64,000 nt of DNA from Vicugna vicugna. Lineage: Eukaryota. The notes beneath the pieces were generated by a model that had not been told where the DNA came from, made no database searches, and was given only the letters and a program-made list of their open reading frames with translations. The stretch spans positions 12,050,184 through 12,114,183 of the forward strand of contig MU058844.1 of the NCBI GenBank assembly GCA_013265495.1. The letters run 5' to 3'. The position numbers were made by a program, and so were the translations under genes. Shown in pieces: positions 1-13,795 of this stretch (position 1 is the stretch's first letter; each line of letters begins with the position of its first letter).

Positions 1-520
1 AATATTCCAAATATCCAAGTATCAGAAATTTAGGTAAGTAAAGTGGGACATATATTTGCATTACACGGTTTATAGCATTTAAAATGAATGATCTAAAGCC
101 CCACATATCCACACAGACAAACCTTGATGACATAACCATGCTTCAAGTAAGGAAGCTGCATAAGAATTGAGTGTAACATCATTTATAAGAAGTTTAAAAA
201 CATGTAAAGAAATGCCAAATACCATTTAGAAATACACAGAGACATGGTAAAAGCAAAAAAAAAAATGTAAGAAATGATAAATCTGAAATCAAGATAGTAG
301 TGTTTTTTTCTGGGGTGAGGACACAGAAATGAGATTGGGGAGGATTTCAAAGGAAGCTTTAATAATGATGCTGTATTCCATGTATTTAAAAAAATTCCTA
401 AAGCAAAATGTTAAAACGTGGCAGAGGTAGATGTTGAGTACGTCGAGGTGTTATTCTGTGTACTCTGTATGCATATGCACTGTGTTTTTCATAACACTTC
501 AAATAGTTCACAATAAGAAT
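1..520 (+). mobile_element. Old L1 (L1ME-like) 3' UTR fragment
   Basis: Degenerate L1M 3' end motifs such as 'tttatagcatttaaaatgaatgatcta' and 'gtgttattctgtgtactctgtatg'; heavily diverged. Confidence 0.55.
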
Positions 521-641
521 AAGAAATGTTAAAAAAAAAAACAGCAAAAGTGAGAAGTAACAGAATGTAAAAGTACTTATAATAGATAAGTCAACCATAC
601 AAACTAACTCCAGGGCTATAACAAGGGCTAGAATCTCTCCA

Positions 642-818
642 TGAGTGGCTCTTGACAATGTGCCAAGAGAAGAGGGCTCTTTTTGATGGTCCCATTAACT
701 GAAGAGTACTGCTGAAATTCACTAGGAGGGAGGGGACATGATAAATGTCTTGCAATACAGTGGATACAATCCAGCACAAGGAAAAATTGTCCCTATGTCA
801 CCCATTGACAGACACAGT
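642..818. mobile_element. hAT-Charlie MITE (MER20B-like)
   Basis: 'gataaatgtcttgcaatacagtggatacaatccagcacaaggaaaaattgtcc' resembles the MER20B end. Confidence 0.5.
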
Positions 819-2324
819 TACTATACCAAGCAGCCCTGGAACATGCCTGACTTGACTAGAGGGTGAATTCAAGACCCTCACCAGGAGAAGATGGTCTTTT
901 CCTTGAGGCCTTTTATTACTTCTTTAATTCTTTTTTTAATTACTCCCCCACCCCTCAGAGCCTCCTAAGGATCAGCGATTGTTCTAGGACCAGGAAGAGA
1001 AAAGATGCTTGAGGATTTGCCCTGCACCGCCTCCCCCCTGCCCCCCACAAGCTGAGTTCCCAGCTCATCCACTCAGCCAAGGAGTTGGGCTCCACCCAGT
1101 TAACCCTAGGAAATCTTTATGGTCCACCTTGTCTGGCTGTACACAATCAAACAGAGCCTTGGTGCTACTGGCTGCCCTATAAATACCCCGACACGTAAAT
1201 TTATCCTTTTCCACGGTGTCATAGAGAACCTGGCAACCAGAAAGTCAACAAGAACATAACACAAATTTTGCGGGCTTTTGGAAAACTACAACCCAACTTT
1301 GTAAGATAAAACAAATGTTTCTCTTGTATATATCACATATAAAGGAAAAATACTTTAAAAAAGAAAAAACACTGCCTTGCATCAAGCTTCACAAACTACA
1401 TTCTTGTAAAATTCCATCTTTTCCCACTGGTGATACGCAAGAGAAGTAAGAACAGCAGGGAGAACATGACGCTTGCAACGTGGCTGCTCTGCTTCCTTTC
1501 GTAGGCTGGAAACGGTACGTTATTTGCTTTATCAGATAAATTGGCTCTGCAGCCCACATTTAAAAGAACATACATGGGTTTTCAGCAGGAAGTTTGGACT
1601 TGATTAGTTCAAGATAAAAGGCTGCAAGGAGGGTTGAATATGATTCTGAGCCAATAACCATATCTATAATGGAGATGGAACAGTATAAAACATTCATATT
1701 CTTAGGTACTAATGATAAGTAAAAAAAAAAAAAAAAAAGCTTGCATCCCTTAGTTAAATTTGTTTATTGCCTGAAAACTCAAAGCAGTAATTCAAGACCA
1801 AGTGACAGGAAATTACAGTCTCCTGGCTGACATCAATTTGATCTTCAGTAATAGTTCTGAAATGGAGTTTCTAAGCTTTGAAGAGAGGGATAAAACATAT
1901 ACATACACTATTTCCAATAATTCAGGTCACAACCCAGATGCTGTAGCACACATTATGTGTGCTTACAAACATGCAAGGCCTTACTAGGTCATCTTAATCA
2001 AACTTTTTACTTGATCAGCTTCTTACATCTAGTCTGTACATGGATTTAGTTATTTAGAAAATATGGGCTCCCATAAGGGAGACTGGAAACACACGGCTGT
2101 TTCTTGTTACAATAGCAAATGGAAAGTTACTTTACCGAGGTAATCACAAAAGTTATATTATACTGAAAATTGGTGAGCCAAGAAAAGTTCTAAAAATCTT
2201 TCTTGTTTCCATGCTGTGGAAGGATTATCATCTCCATAGCTCCCCCAAAGGGAAGGGCACATTTTTCATCTTTTCTATCGATGCTCATTGCCCCATAATA
2301 TATATAATTAGTTCGAACTGCCCT

Positions 2325-2795
2325 GAGAGCAGAGACTGCTAATTGTCACCCAATATCTACTCTGTTTATCCTCAAGGTTTTAGCTGTATACAGAACTTTA
2401 AAATGAGAGTGCACATCAACCAGTTTACCTGATGTCAAGGTCTTGCCTTTTCACGATGCTATGGCCAACGAAATGCAAGCAGAAATGACGCACGCCACTT
2501 TCAAAAAATTTCACACTGCTTGTATGGCAGTTCTCTTTCTCTTCCCCCAACTCCCATGGGCTGGAATGTAATGTCGTGCTGGTCAGATAGCTTCAACCAA
2601 GTGACAAGGACACCACCCTATGGAATGTCAGAGCCATGAGACTGAAGAAAACTGGGTCCTTTGGGCAGAACCCCTCATCCACCCTGGAATACTGACCTCC
2701 CTCTAAACTGTGATGAGAGTGAAAAATAAACTTCAATTTGGTTTGAAACACAGCATCTTTTTGTCACAGCAACTGAGCCTTTAGCCTAAATGACA
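2325..2795. mobile_element. MaLR LTR (MLT1J/K-like)
   Basis: 'gcagagactgctaattgtcacccaatatc', 'tggccaacgaaatgcaagcagaaatgac', ends 'ttgtcacagcaactgagcctt'. Confidence 0.6.
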
Positions 2796-2844
2796 CACAA
2801 ATCTTGGCCATCTGATAGAGAACATGATCGGCTGGATTATTTCT

Positions 2845-3175
2845 AGTAAATATTCTCTCATCTCTCCTACCCCAGTGACTTGGGATTTGTCCATGTGACT
2901 TGCTTTGTTTAATAAAATAAGAGTGGATTAATGCAAGCAGAGGTTTTCAGTCGGTTTGCCCTGGTGCCTTCCTATGGTCCTCCATGAAAAGAGTATGCCT
3001 CAGGTGCTACTGGACCAGGAAGAAAGAGGAAATACATAGAGAAAACCTAAATCCAACCCACAACTCAGCCCAGCCCAGCTGAGGCACAGCTCACCTATTA
3101 ACAAGAAAATAAATACTTGCTCTTCTAAGATACTGAATTTGGGGAGAAATGGGGTAGGCAACATCACTGAATCAA
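2845..3175 (+). mobile_element. MaLR LTR (MLT1I/J-like)
   Basis: 'ccatgtgacttgctttg', 'atgcaagcagaggtttt', 'aaataaatacttgctcttctaagatactgaatttgggg'. Confidence 0.6.
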
Positions 3176-4399
3176 TACACAATACCGAAAAGAAAGGTGG
3201 CATGCTATATTAAAGGAAACAATTTGGACTTCATGAGTTTGGCATTAGAAGTTTTAGAAACTTTTATGTGCAACTGATCATGGTTTCAACTCAACTTCCT
3301 GATCTTCAAAATAGAAGGGTGAAATACACACTCTCTAAGAATACTCTACAACTTTAATACTCGAAGATTTTGTACACTGCCTTCTAATTTCTGCCACTTT
3401 CTTAGCCAAGGCCCTTCACTATTTTGATCAGTGGATTGCAACCTACAGGTATTCTGTGTAGAAGAACATTCCCCTTAAGAGACATTCTTAGCCCTCTTTG
3501 ATTTCAGATCATCCTAAGTCATGATTTGTTACCACTTTACAGCCCAATGGTCTACACTGTACTTTCTATTTATCCAACCTTTGGACACTAGTATAACATA
3601 AATAAAGCAGCACATTCTCTCTCTTAAATATCATAAACTCTACGTGAAGTAGAGAAAAGTCTGACCAGCACATAAAACTGTGGAACTTTCTACTAGAGGG
3701 ATTAGTAATATATTTTGAAGAGATAACAAAGACAGACTAGCACTCAGTGGAGGTCATTCCTTTGTGTAATAAGATCTGTAAACATCTGGGGAGAGGAGAG
3801 GCCCTTCAGAGAACTGTCAGTAGTATATTGTATATACTTTTATATACAATTTTAAAAATGCAAACAAAGTAAGCAGGTGACCTTGGTGCTAGTCTCTGGA
3901 GGAAGATACTGGTTCCAGTGGACAGCATATCTCATTGGCTTACATTGCAAACAGAATACACTATAGAAATATCTGTCTACTTCTGTTTAAAATATGAATA
4001 TGCATTCTATTTACAAAAATGAATTCAGCGACATTAGTTCACATGGTAGACTACAGTTTAGTTTAACAAAAAAAAAGCCAATTTAGTTTAAGGTACTACA
4101 TATATTTTCTTTTGCTGTCCTTTCATAGAGGCAATTTCTTATTCAACTTGTTCATCAATAGTACAGGAAAACTTTTTAGTATCGCAATGAAGATAATTCC
4201 TTGTATGCTTATAAGGACTAGTCAGTGTTCTTCTAGGACCTAAAAACATACAGTGAGCCCAAATAAAGGGACATGAATTCTATCTGATGTAAACTCTGCT
4301 TTAATGATAATCCTGTAGAAGGGTCTGTATTGTTGAAATGGCTGGTGTGTTATTCAGCCTGCTGCTCTTCTTTCAAAGGGACTACAGATATAATAGCTT

Positions 4400-4620
4400 A
4401 TACATACAGCGTCGTCCATAAGCCATGCTAGGCACTGAGTACCATCTCTACCTCCTCACCAAACATCTGTGAATCGGGGGCTTTCATTCTCTCCACTTTA
4501 CAGACAAGGAAAGCGAGGCGTACAAAGGTGAAGCAACCTACCAAAGATCACATAGGTAGTAAACGGTGGCAACAGGCAGCTTGATTCGGAGTTAAAAGTG
4601 TGCCTTTCACCATTTTACTC
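4400..4620. mobile_element. MIR SINE
   Basis: MIR core 'ccactttacagacaaggaaagcgaggc...ccaaagatcacataggtagtaaacggtggc'. Confidence 0.7.
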
Positions 4621-5554
4621 TCCTTCCTGGCACAGTGGGTCTTCAGGGAGTATTTGTTGGATAAGTGAAAGGAAGTAGTAAAAATATCTACCTCATAAAT
4701 AGAGTAGAATAATTGATTTTTGAAATGAATCAATCACTTTTGCATAGTGTAATTTTCAAAGCATCTTCCCATCCCTTATCTCACTAGAAAACTCATTTTA
4801 AATAACAAATCACTATACAATAATGAACAACATCACAGCAGCAAACAGTTATGATTTGAGTCTGTTGGTTCCATCTGACCTTCAGGTTCTTCCACTGTAA
4901 AATAAGAAATCTAAAGGACATCTAAAACTCCACGATTCTTGAACTCGAAATGGTTTGTTTGTGGCTACCAAAGGAGAGGGCATGTCTGTAACTGCAAATT
5001 CAAATGTTCCTATGTCAATCTCTCAGCCACACATCTCCCTCAAGACTCTTGCTTCCTGTAAAGTTCTAAGCTGTTTCACTCCAGCTAATGCTCTTTTGTT
5101 CTTTATTCTTTCTTCCCCCATCTTATGTTCCCGAAGACTCACCTCCTACTCTTAAACATTTACGTTTCCATGCCAACATTCCTTGGATATTTCGTTTCTT
5201 TAATGGTAGATTAATCAGATAACGCAGAAGATATAACTCCCATGGAAAAAGTTGACCCTCTCTTTTATACAAATATTTCAAAATGTCACTAAAAGTACAT
5301 GGGTCTCTCTAAAAATGGTCTTGGAGGGCTTAAGAAAAGGATTAGCGGGATTATTTCATAAGGAAAAGCTGTCTCTTCTCCACAATTTATGTGTTCAGTT
5401 GTTTATATCAGTGTGGATGTTTGTTTTATTCTATGAGTTATAATTCATTACTCTCATTATTTATTTTCTTGTTCAGTTTTTTTCCTGACTTGACCACTAG
5501 GAGCTCCTTCAGGTGGGCACTTAAACCCTTTCAATGCCCTCCAAACACTTTTAT

Positions 5555-6700
5555 CATGATAAAATATAAATAACATAAAATTTATCATCCAAACTACTTT
5601 TAAGTGTACCGTTCAGTGAAATGAATACATTGACCTTGCTGTGGGCAACCACCATAACCATCCATCTTCATAACTATTTTCATCTTATAAAACTGAAACT
5701 ATACCTGTTAAACAATAACTTCCCCATATTCCCTGCCCCCAACCCTGACAACCACCATTATACCTTCTGTCTTTATGACTTTGATTACTCTAAGTACCTT
5801 ATATAAGTGGAATTGTACGGCATTTGCCTTTCCGTGACTGGTTTACTTCACACAGCATAAAGTCCTCAAGGTTCATTCATGTCGTAGCATATCACACAAT
5901 TTCCTTCCTTTTAAAGGCTGAATAATATTCCATTGTATATACACGCCACATTTTGTTTATCCATTCATTTGTCAATGGACACTTGGGCTGCTTCCATGGT
6001 TTAGCAATGGTGAGTAATGCTGCTATGAACATGAGTGTACAGATACCTCACTGAGACCTTACTTTCAAATATTTTGGTTATAAAGCCAAAAGCAAAACTG
6101 CAGGATCATATGGTAATTCCATTTTAAATTTTTTGAGGAACATCATAATGTTTTCCACAGCAGCTGTACCATTTTATATTCCCACCAAAAGTGCACAAAG
6201 TTCCAATTTTTCCACATTCTTGCTGACTTTTGCTGTTTCTGTTTTTTTTTTTTTAATAGTAGCCACCATAATGGGTGTGATTGTGGTATCTCGTTGTGAT
6301 TTTATCTCCATTTCCCTAATGATTAGTGATGTTGAGCTTCTTCTGATGTGCTTACTGGCCACTGATATATCTTCTTTGGAGAAATGACTATTTAGGTCTT
6401 CTGCCATTTTTGATTGGGTCATTTTTTGATATTAAACCATATGAGCTGTTTGTATATTTTGGAAATTAATCCATTGTCAGTCTCTTCATTTGTAAATATT
6501 TCCTCCCATTCCACAGGCTGCCTATTCATTTTGTTTATGGTTTCCTTTGCTGTGCAAAAACTTGTAAGTTTAATTAGGTCACATTTGATTGTTTTTGCTT
6601 TCATTTCCTTTACTGTAGGAGACAGATTAAAAATACATACTGCTACAATTTATGTCAAAGACTGTTCTGCCTATGTTTTCCTCTAGGAATTTTAGAGTTT
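5555..6700 (-). mobile_element. L1 3' portion (ORF2 C-terminus and 3' UTR), decayed
   Basis: Minus-strand ORFs 'DLIKLTSFCTAKETINKMNRQPVEWEEIF' and 'DLNSHFSKEDI...SLIIREMEIK' match L1 ORF2 C-terminus; an L1MA/MB-type 3' UTR follows. Confidence 0.92.
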
Positions 6701-6719
6701 TTGATCACTTAGCGAATCC

Positions 6720-8310
6720 CTTTTCTAGTTAGAGGTCCACTCAGATTTGCCATTTCTTTGTGAGTTAGTCTTGGTGAGTTTCTACATATTTGTCCACTTT
6801 ATCTAGGTTATCCAATTTGTTAGCATACAATTGGTAATAGCTCTGATTCTAACCAAAACCGTTAGTTCATACATTCTAGCCTTCCCTTATCCCATTTCTA
6901 TTTATAACTTCTTTCTCTGACAGTGAGAAATCTGGCTTTCATTATCCATAACATATTTACTTACTTGTTCAGTTCTAACACACACAAAAAGGAGTTTAGA
7001 AATGCTAACCCAGACCCCTGAGAAATGTATTTATTAACTATAGTATAATATTTGTAGAATGTTCTTTTTTGTCTCTAACCTTACAGTACAGAGTCAAATA
7101 CTGTTTTCCAAATTTAGTTAAATCTTTTTAGTGTGATTGTCATTCACTATAATAGAGTTATGTTTATACCTTACTCTCTAAATTCCACTTTGGGTTCTCC
7201 CCATATTCTGGTTGATTTAAATTGTTTACTGGGGATCCATGTGAGAGATTACCATATTTATAAGATTCAAAGATATATAAAATCTTTATTAAGAAAACTA
7301 TCACTCTCATTTCAACGCTCTTCTTGTTCACCCCCTGTTGATAACAAGCTCAATAGTTTCTGGCTTATCTTTCCTATATTTCTTTTGGACAAATGAGCAG
7401 CAGACATCATATTTTCTTTTATTTCCTATTTCTGACATAAAGGGAAGCATAATACAGATAGTCTGTTATACTTTGCTTTTTTAAAACTTTTTTTTAACTA
7501 TTGCATAGGATTCCACTCAATGAATATACCATAGCTAATTCGAGCATTCTTGTCCATGAGGGCATTTGTATTGTTTCCAGTAATCTGCAATTCTAATTGG
7601 AGTTACAGTGAATGAATAACCTTCTAGAGGTGTTTTCATAGTGTTGAAGGTGTAGTTACAGGGGAGAATCCTAAAAGTTCAGATGCTGGTCAAAAGGTAG
7701 CAGCATACATAATACCACTAAGTATTGTCAAATTTCCATTCAGAAGGATTGTTCCAGCTTCCATTCCTGCTAGAAATGTTTGAGAGCATCCATTTCTTCA
7801 TAGTCTCATCAATGAGATGTGTCATTATACTTTTTAACATTCACTAACCTGATAGTTGAAAAGTAACATCTCAGTATTATTTTTATTGGCATGTGTCTAA
7901 TTATGAGTGAATGTGAGGGGTTTTTTCCTGATGCTCAAGTACCATTTTTCATCTTTTCTTGCAAGTCTGAATTTGTTAGTCCACATCATTTCCCATTTTT
8001 CTTTCGGAGTTCTGGTCTTTTGTTTCTCAGCCTTTCAGAATTCTTTACATGTTAAGGATATACTAAGCCCTCTGTTTGTGGCTTATGTTTCAAATATTTA
8101 CTACCAGTTTATCAGTTGTCTTTGCTTTGCTTATGGTGTTTTATCCCACGAACTCTGTGTGTGTGTGCATTCATGATAAGAATTATCGATTTTTTGTCTT
8201 TTATTGCCTTTAGATTTTGAATCATAAGTAGATAAGCCTTTCCTCACATGAAGGTGAAAGAGGAAACCATCCATGTTTTCTTTCAGTGTGAGTATGCTAA
8301 CACATTTTTT
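6720..8310 (-). mobile_element. Mosaic of old L1M fragments (L1MC/MD/ME-like)
   Basis: Degenerate L1 motifs, e.g. 'ttatctaggttatccaatttgttagcataca', 'gagaaatctggctttcattatcca', 'ggcatttgtattgtttccag'. Confidence 0.6.
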
Positions 8311-9414
8311 ACATAAATGTGTTTCTACTAACCAAATTATTGAAGTGATAACTTAAAACAGTCTGTTTATGTTAAAAGGAAAATGAAAAAGTATCCATTT
8401 TACCTACTGCTTGACCTTTAATAGTTTCATTCTGTATTTTCTATTTTGTTTGGAAGTCATCATTAAACAATTTAAGACTTGCAGGAATATTTAAGATGAA
8501 CGTATAGCAAAAGTTTCAAGGAAGTTTCCCCAGATCCTTCACACACACTATGCAACCTATGCAACCTAGGATCCAAATCCAAACAAAATTAAAAAATAAT
8601 CTAAACCTTGATAGATTTTCCAAATCAAAATGAGCATCTTTTACTGTTCTGGGTATAAAAATGCTACTTGCTTTAATACGTGATATGTGAGAAACAAATT
8701 TTTTGTTTTCTATAATTCAGTTCATGCCTACAAGGAGCTCACAACTGAGTAAATAAGTTAAAATATAGATAAATAAAAGGTAAAAATTGGTAAGTGTCAG
8801 CGTAAAAGGACGGAGAAAGAACGGCAATAAGCAAGAGACTGATCAGAACTAGGTTTGCACCCCACTCTCTTCTGACATTAGACTCAGTGTGCTCGTTAGT
8901 AAAAAGGGGGACTAGCATCACCCTTCATATCCAGAGGATTAAACAGTACAATGTATAGGAAAGCAGTATAATGCACACCTCAGGTAGTGTCCGGTATACT
9001 CAAAAAGCTCCAAATATATTATTTAAATGAGTCAGCTACAGACAACTGCTATTCAGGTTAGGAAAAAAAGACACTATGAAAGGTATGCCATAAATAGCTT
9101 ATCTGCAAAAATGCACAGAATTGGTACCAAATTCAGTACGGAATATTTTCCTGCTCTGTAATTATAGCAAACTGAGTATGTTTAAACTTTCTCTACAAAC
9201 TATCTTCCCCATTTATGTGCTTTTTAGCACATAACACCAGAATATTTGCATATCAGAATATTTATTTGCATACCAAACAGAATAAACTAAATAAATCCTT
9301 TACATTTAAATGTGTAAAAGATATATTTCTCAGTAAAGCAATTTAGTTTGTATTTCCCTAACTGGAAACATTTCATCTAGTATAACATCTCAATCACAGT
9401 GTCTACATTTATGT

Positions 9415-9560
9415 AAATACACACACATGCACACATGGAATTTGAATTATATGTATATATAAAATAATTTTATAGTATATATAATATATAATTAATGTAT
9501 ATTATAATACAGAATTACAATATGATGCATATATATAATATACCTATATTTATTTATTTC
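9415..9560. repeat. AT-rich low-complexity tract, degenerate (TA)n
   Basis: 'tatatgtatatataaaataattttatagtatatataatatataattaatgtatatattataatac'. Confidence 0.75.
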
Positions 9561-10539
9561 AACATGTTTTAACATATATTTGAGGATGGAAAGATGCCTG
9601 GATATCACAAAGGGCAATTAGTTATGTATACTACACAAATTTTTTAATGTAATACTATTTACTGAATTACTACTAGGAGATATGACTAAACAAAAATGAA
9701 TTAATGTAATATAACTTAAGAATTTTATCTGCATGGTGAAAGCTTGGCAAATTCTAAAATTTATTTTAAATGTCCAATAGTCAACTTTGTAGTTACATTT
9801 GGTATTAAAATAAAACAGCAGAATACCTCTGTTATCGGAGGAATGATTTCAAAGTTGTTAATGTCAGGACTGAAATGTAGGCTATGTTGAGATGTACAGT
9901 TAGGTTACATTTATATTTGGATAGAAAATGGTGTACTTTCCGTAACTCGGTATATATTTTAGTCTCACACAGCTTTCAGAGAGAAAGTATGTGTCTTGGA
10001 ATGCCAATTTCAAATATTAAGAGAATGTCTCCTCAAAAATCAGAAAATGAAAACATAAAATAATGTTTAAAAAAAACACAAGGATTTAAATAGTTTAACC
10101 CCTTACCACCTTTTCCTCACATGGTATCCCTTCCTTCTTATCCTCTTAATGAATACGTATTCACCTGTTCATTTAGTATTTATCTATTAGTGATAAAACA
10201 TAGGCTAAGAGTCATGTTAAACTTTGGGAATATAAAGATGAATACTACTCAACATCTACTCTCAAGAAACTCACAACCGAGTGGGGTGACTTCTTGCCGT
10301 TATTCCTCATATAGCCCCATGTCAGCTTTTTAAGATGATACCCAGTCACTTTCAGGAATGTGGTCCTTCCCCTCTGCCAATTACAGCAGGTGATAAACAA
10401 TTCCTCTGGCCCAGTGAGTATCACAAGCAGCAGCCTGGGCTCATACAAGGCAGTGGGTGATGAGGGTACATAACACCTCTGGAAAAGACCACTGGTTTTT
10501 CATGAATGTGTTTTCAAATTAAATAAGTAAACAACTGCC

Positions 10540-10972
10540 TAGCTAGAGATACTTCCCAGCTTCCCTTGCATCTAGGTGTGACCACATGACAGATTTGTGG
10601 CCAGTGGAAGCTAGACAGAACCGATGTATGCGACTGCTCTTAGAAAAAAACAGATATATGCTCATCTGATCCTTCTTCTTCCCATTACGTGAAGTATAAA
10701 TATAACGGCAAGAGCTACAGCAGCCATCTCGGACCATCACTCGAAAGTTGCGTATTGAGAAGAACACAACAATAAGACTGAATGAGCCTGAGTTCCTGGC
10801 TGGCTGTGTGAGAAGTGACACTCTAGCCCTGGTCTACCCTTGGCGTGCCATGTAAAAATAAAACACCCATGTGAATACACACACACACGCACCAAAAACT
10901 TTTCTTATTTAAGCTACATTATGAGGGGTGGGGAGAATTACTTGTCACAGCAACTTTGGACTGTAACTAACA
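10540..10972. mobile_element. MaLR LTR (MLT1-like)
   Basis: 'ttcccagcttcccttgcatctaggtgtgaccacatgac...tggccagtgga', 'gagctacagcagccatct'. Confidence 0.65.
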
Positions 10973-11504
10973 CCCAGCCTCACTTCATGGGACATCTAAG
11001 AGCATCCCTGTGACTGGCCTATTCAGGATTTGAGTCTACTCTACCCCTACTCCCTGTTTTGCTTAGACAAATCTGTTGCCATGACTTAACTTAGATTCCT
11101 GATACTCTGTCTCACTAGCTAGATCATCCTTGGACCATACTGGCTGGCTGTGTCCTGGAAGCACTCAGCAATGATTGAGCCTAAATATGGCTGTGAAGCT
11201 CTGACACCCCTCATCAAGGGAAGCAGTTTGTCTCATTTTCTAGGTTCTTAAGTTGCCACATATTTGCCCCAGTTATCCTTCCACTGAAGCTCTTTCCTGA
11301 GAACACACATTCAAATTATGACCCCAGAAGAGAACTGCCACATTCAAACAAGTGAGATAGACTCTTGGCAGTCTCATGTACAATATTTGTAGTTTCATCA
11401 TTCGATTTTCAACTCTTCCCAGCAACTTAAGGGGCCTTGACATTTAAAGATCTATAATTTCCATGTTGACTTAGTCACTGTCATTTTGGAATCATGCATT
11501 CTAA

Positions 11505-11690
11505 GACAGAGGGGATAAAAAGAGGCAAGGGAGGTGGGAGGAGGTAGAGAGAGGGTGGGTAAAGGCAGGGGGATGGAGGGAGGAGACAGAAGACCGGAAG
11601 GAAAAGAAAAGTAAGTAAGGAAAATAGACCAAGGAGGGAAGGAGGGGTGATGAGACAGAAGAGAGGACAGAGAAGGGGTGGGAGGAGAGC
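11505..11690 (+). repeat. GA-rich polypurine low-complexity tract
   Basis: About 185 nt that are mostly G and A. Confidence 0.85.
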
Positions 11691-12289
11691 TCTCACTTCA
11701 GGGCTCTTTGTAGCTTTGAGGTCTAGAAAAATAAATCTAAAGAGAAACAGAAGATGTGTTAAGATGACAGGTTAACAGCTAAATAAACCTGCACTTCTGC
11801 AGTCATAGCCAGAAGAGGGAATTAACTCAAATGTTCCACAAATCCCTACCTTTCCAAAGAAACCCAAAGCAATTTTAAGAAACATGTGGTATACCTTCCA
11901 CATTTCAGAAAAGACCTTCTCCCAGTACCTGGTCTGAGAAAATTAAAAAGAAGTGACTCCGAGCTAATTCCTCAGTAACTGAGAGCGCCCAATTTTCTCT
12001 GAAAGCAAAGTTTTCTCTATCTATTTCTATAAAAGGAATGCTTTATTGATCCAAATATTGGAAAACAAGAGTTCTCCTGCCACATGGGGGGAATAGAGCA
12101 GTTTACACCTCTATCATTCTGGTTAGCCGATTAACCTTAAATCTAGAAAGAAATGTTTTTCCCCTTGTTAAAGAAAAATCAAATTCAGAAAGGAAGAATA
12201 TTAAAAGGAAAGTGGGTCTGAGAAATCAAACTCATGGAAATCAAAAACAGAATCCTAAAAAGATGATTTAGAATTTGACTATTCCTCTG

Positions 12290-12996
12290 AAACCCCACTA
12301 CACTGTTGGTGGGAATGTAAATAGGTACAGCCCTTGTGGAAAACAGTATGGCAATTCCTCAAAAAATTAAAAATAGAACTACCATAATGATCCAGCAATT
12401 CCACTCCTGGGTATATATCTGAGAAAAATGAAAACACTAATTTGAAAAGATACACACACCCCAGTGTTCATAGTAGCATTAATTACAATAGCCAAGATAC
12501 GGAAGACACCTAAGTGTCCATCAACAGATGAATGAATAAAGATGTGGTGTACACACACACACACACACACACACAATGGAATACTATTCAGCCAAAAAAA
12601 AGAACAAAACGTTGCCACTTGCAGCAACATTCATGGAGTTGGAGGGTATTATGCTAAGTGAAGTAAGTCAGAGAAAGACAAAAATGGTATGATACCACTT
12701 ATATGTGGAATCTATAAAATGTAACATACTAGTGAATGTAACAAAAAAGAAGCAGACTCACAGATATGGAGAACAAACTAGTGGTTACTCACGGGGAGAG
12801 GGGAAGGAGAAAGGGGCAAAATAGGGGGAGGATATTAAGAGCTACAAACTACAAGGATATATTGTACAATACAGGGAATATAGCCAATATTTTATAAAAC
12901 TATAAATGGAATATAAACTTAAAAATGTGAATCACTATATTGCATACCTGTAACATATAATACTGTACAGCTACTTTACTTCAGTTATTAAAAAAA
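12290..12996 (+). mobile_element. 5'-truncated artiodactyl-type L1 3' end with internal (CA)n
   Basis: 'acactgttggtgggaatgtaaat', 'gatccagcaattccactcctgggtatatatc', 'gcagactcacagatatggagaacaaactagtggttac'; A-rich end. Confidence 0.93.
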
Positions 12997-13795
12997 TTTT
13001 TTTTAAATCAATCCCTTTGAAATAATAGGAATTCTTTATCTCCAAAGAGTAATTCAATCAAATATTTACTTTAAGCAAGTTACCAACTTAATGTTGAGAG
13101 TAGTCTAGGTCTGTTGACCTCCTAAGAGCTAGCTAAAAGACTGCCTTACTTTGGTTTGACAAGATTTTTCAAAAAAATTATTGCTACTTTTACATGGGTC
13201 TAGGAATCGGTGGAAATTTTCAACAGAAATTTATTATATATCAACTGAAAAGTCAAAGCATATAATAGTTTTACTAATTTCTTACAGGGTTTGAGTTGGA
13301 AAATTAAAATACAAGTAGACAAAACACACACTATTAAATGATATTTGGAGGAAATTTTAAAATTTCTACCAAATGCTGAGACATCTTCTGACACTGGAAA
13401 AACATGGAATTATAGCAAAAGTCAATATAAAATATGATAGACTATAAAAATACTAAAACTAAGAATCACTTAAGCCTTAGTTATTGTCAACCAAGCACAA
13501 GCTTTTAAAATGGAGTTAATGAAAAAAATCATGAATCACAAATTATTTTTGTGCAGGGATATCATTTAATAGTTCCATCCACAAAACCAAGCCCGCAACT
13601 TACTTGAGAGTGTAATTCATAATAAATCTAAACTTTAAAATGCAGAGTTTTTTTAAACCCAGGTTGAACTTCAAAATATTTTGCTAGTACTTAAAATATT
13701 TTATGTTCCTGTCCTAAACTGTGAACAAACTTTGGTTACTGACTTTGTTAAAAATATACACCTCTGTTTGCTCCAAAATCTACAACACGACTCAC

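Noticed and set aside
1505..1514. Plus-strand 10-nt micro-exon pattern 'tttcgtag|GCTGGAAACG|gtacgt'
   Set aside because: Isolated, on the opposite strand to the other candidates, and likely a chance match
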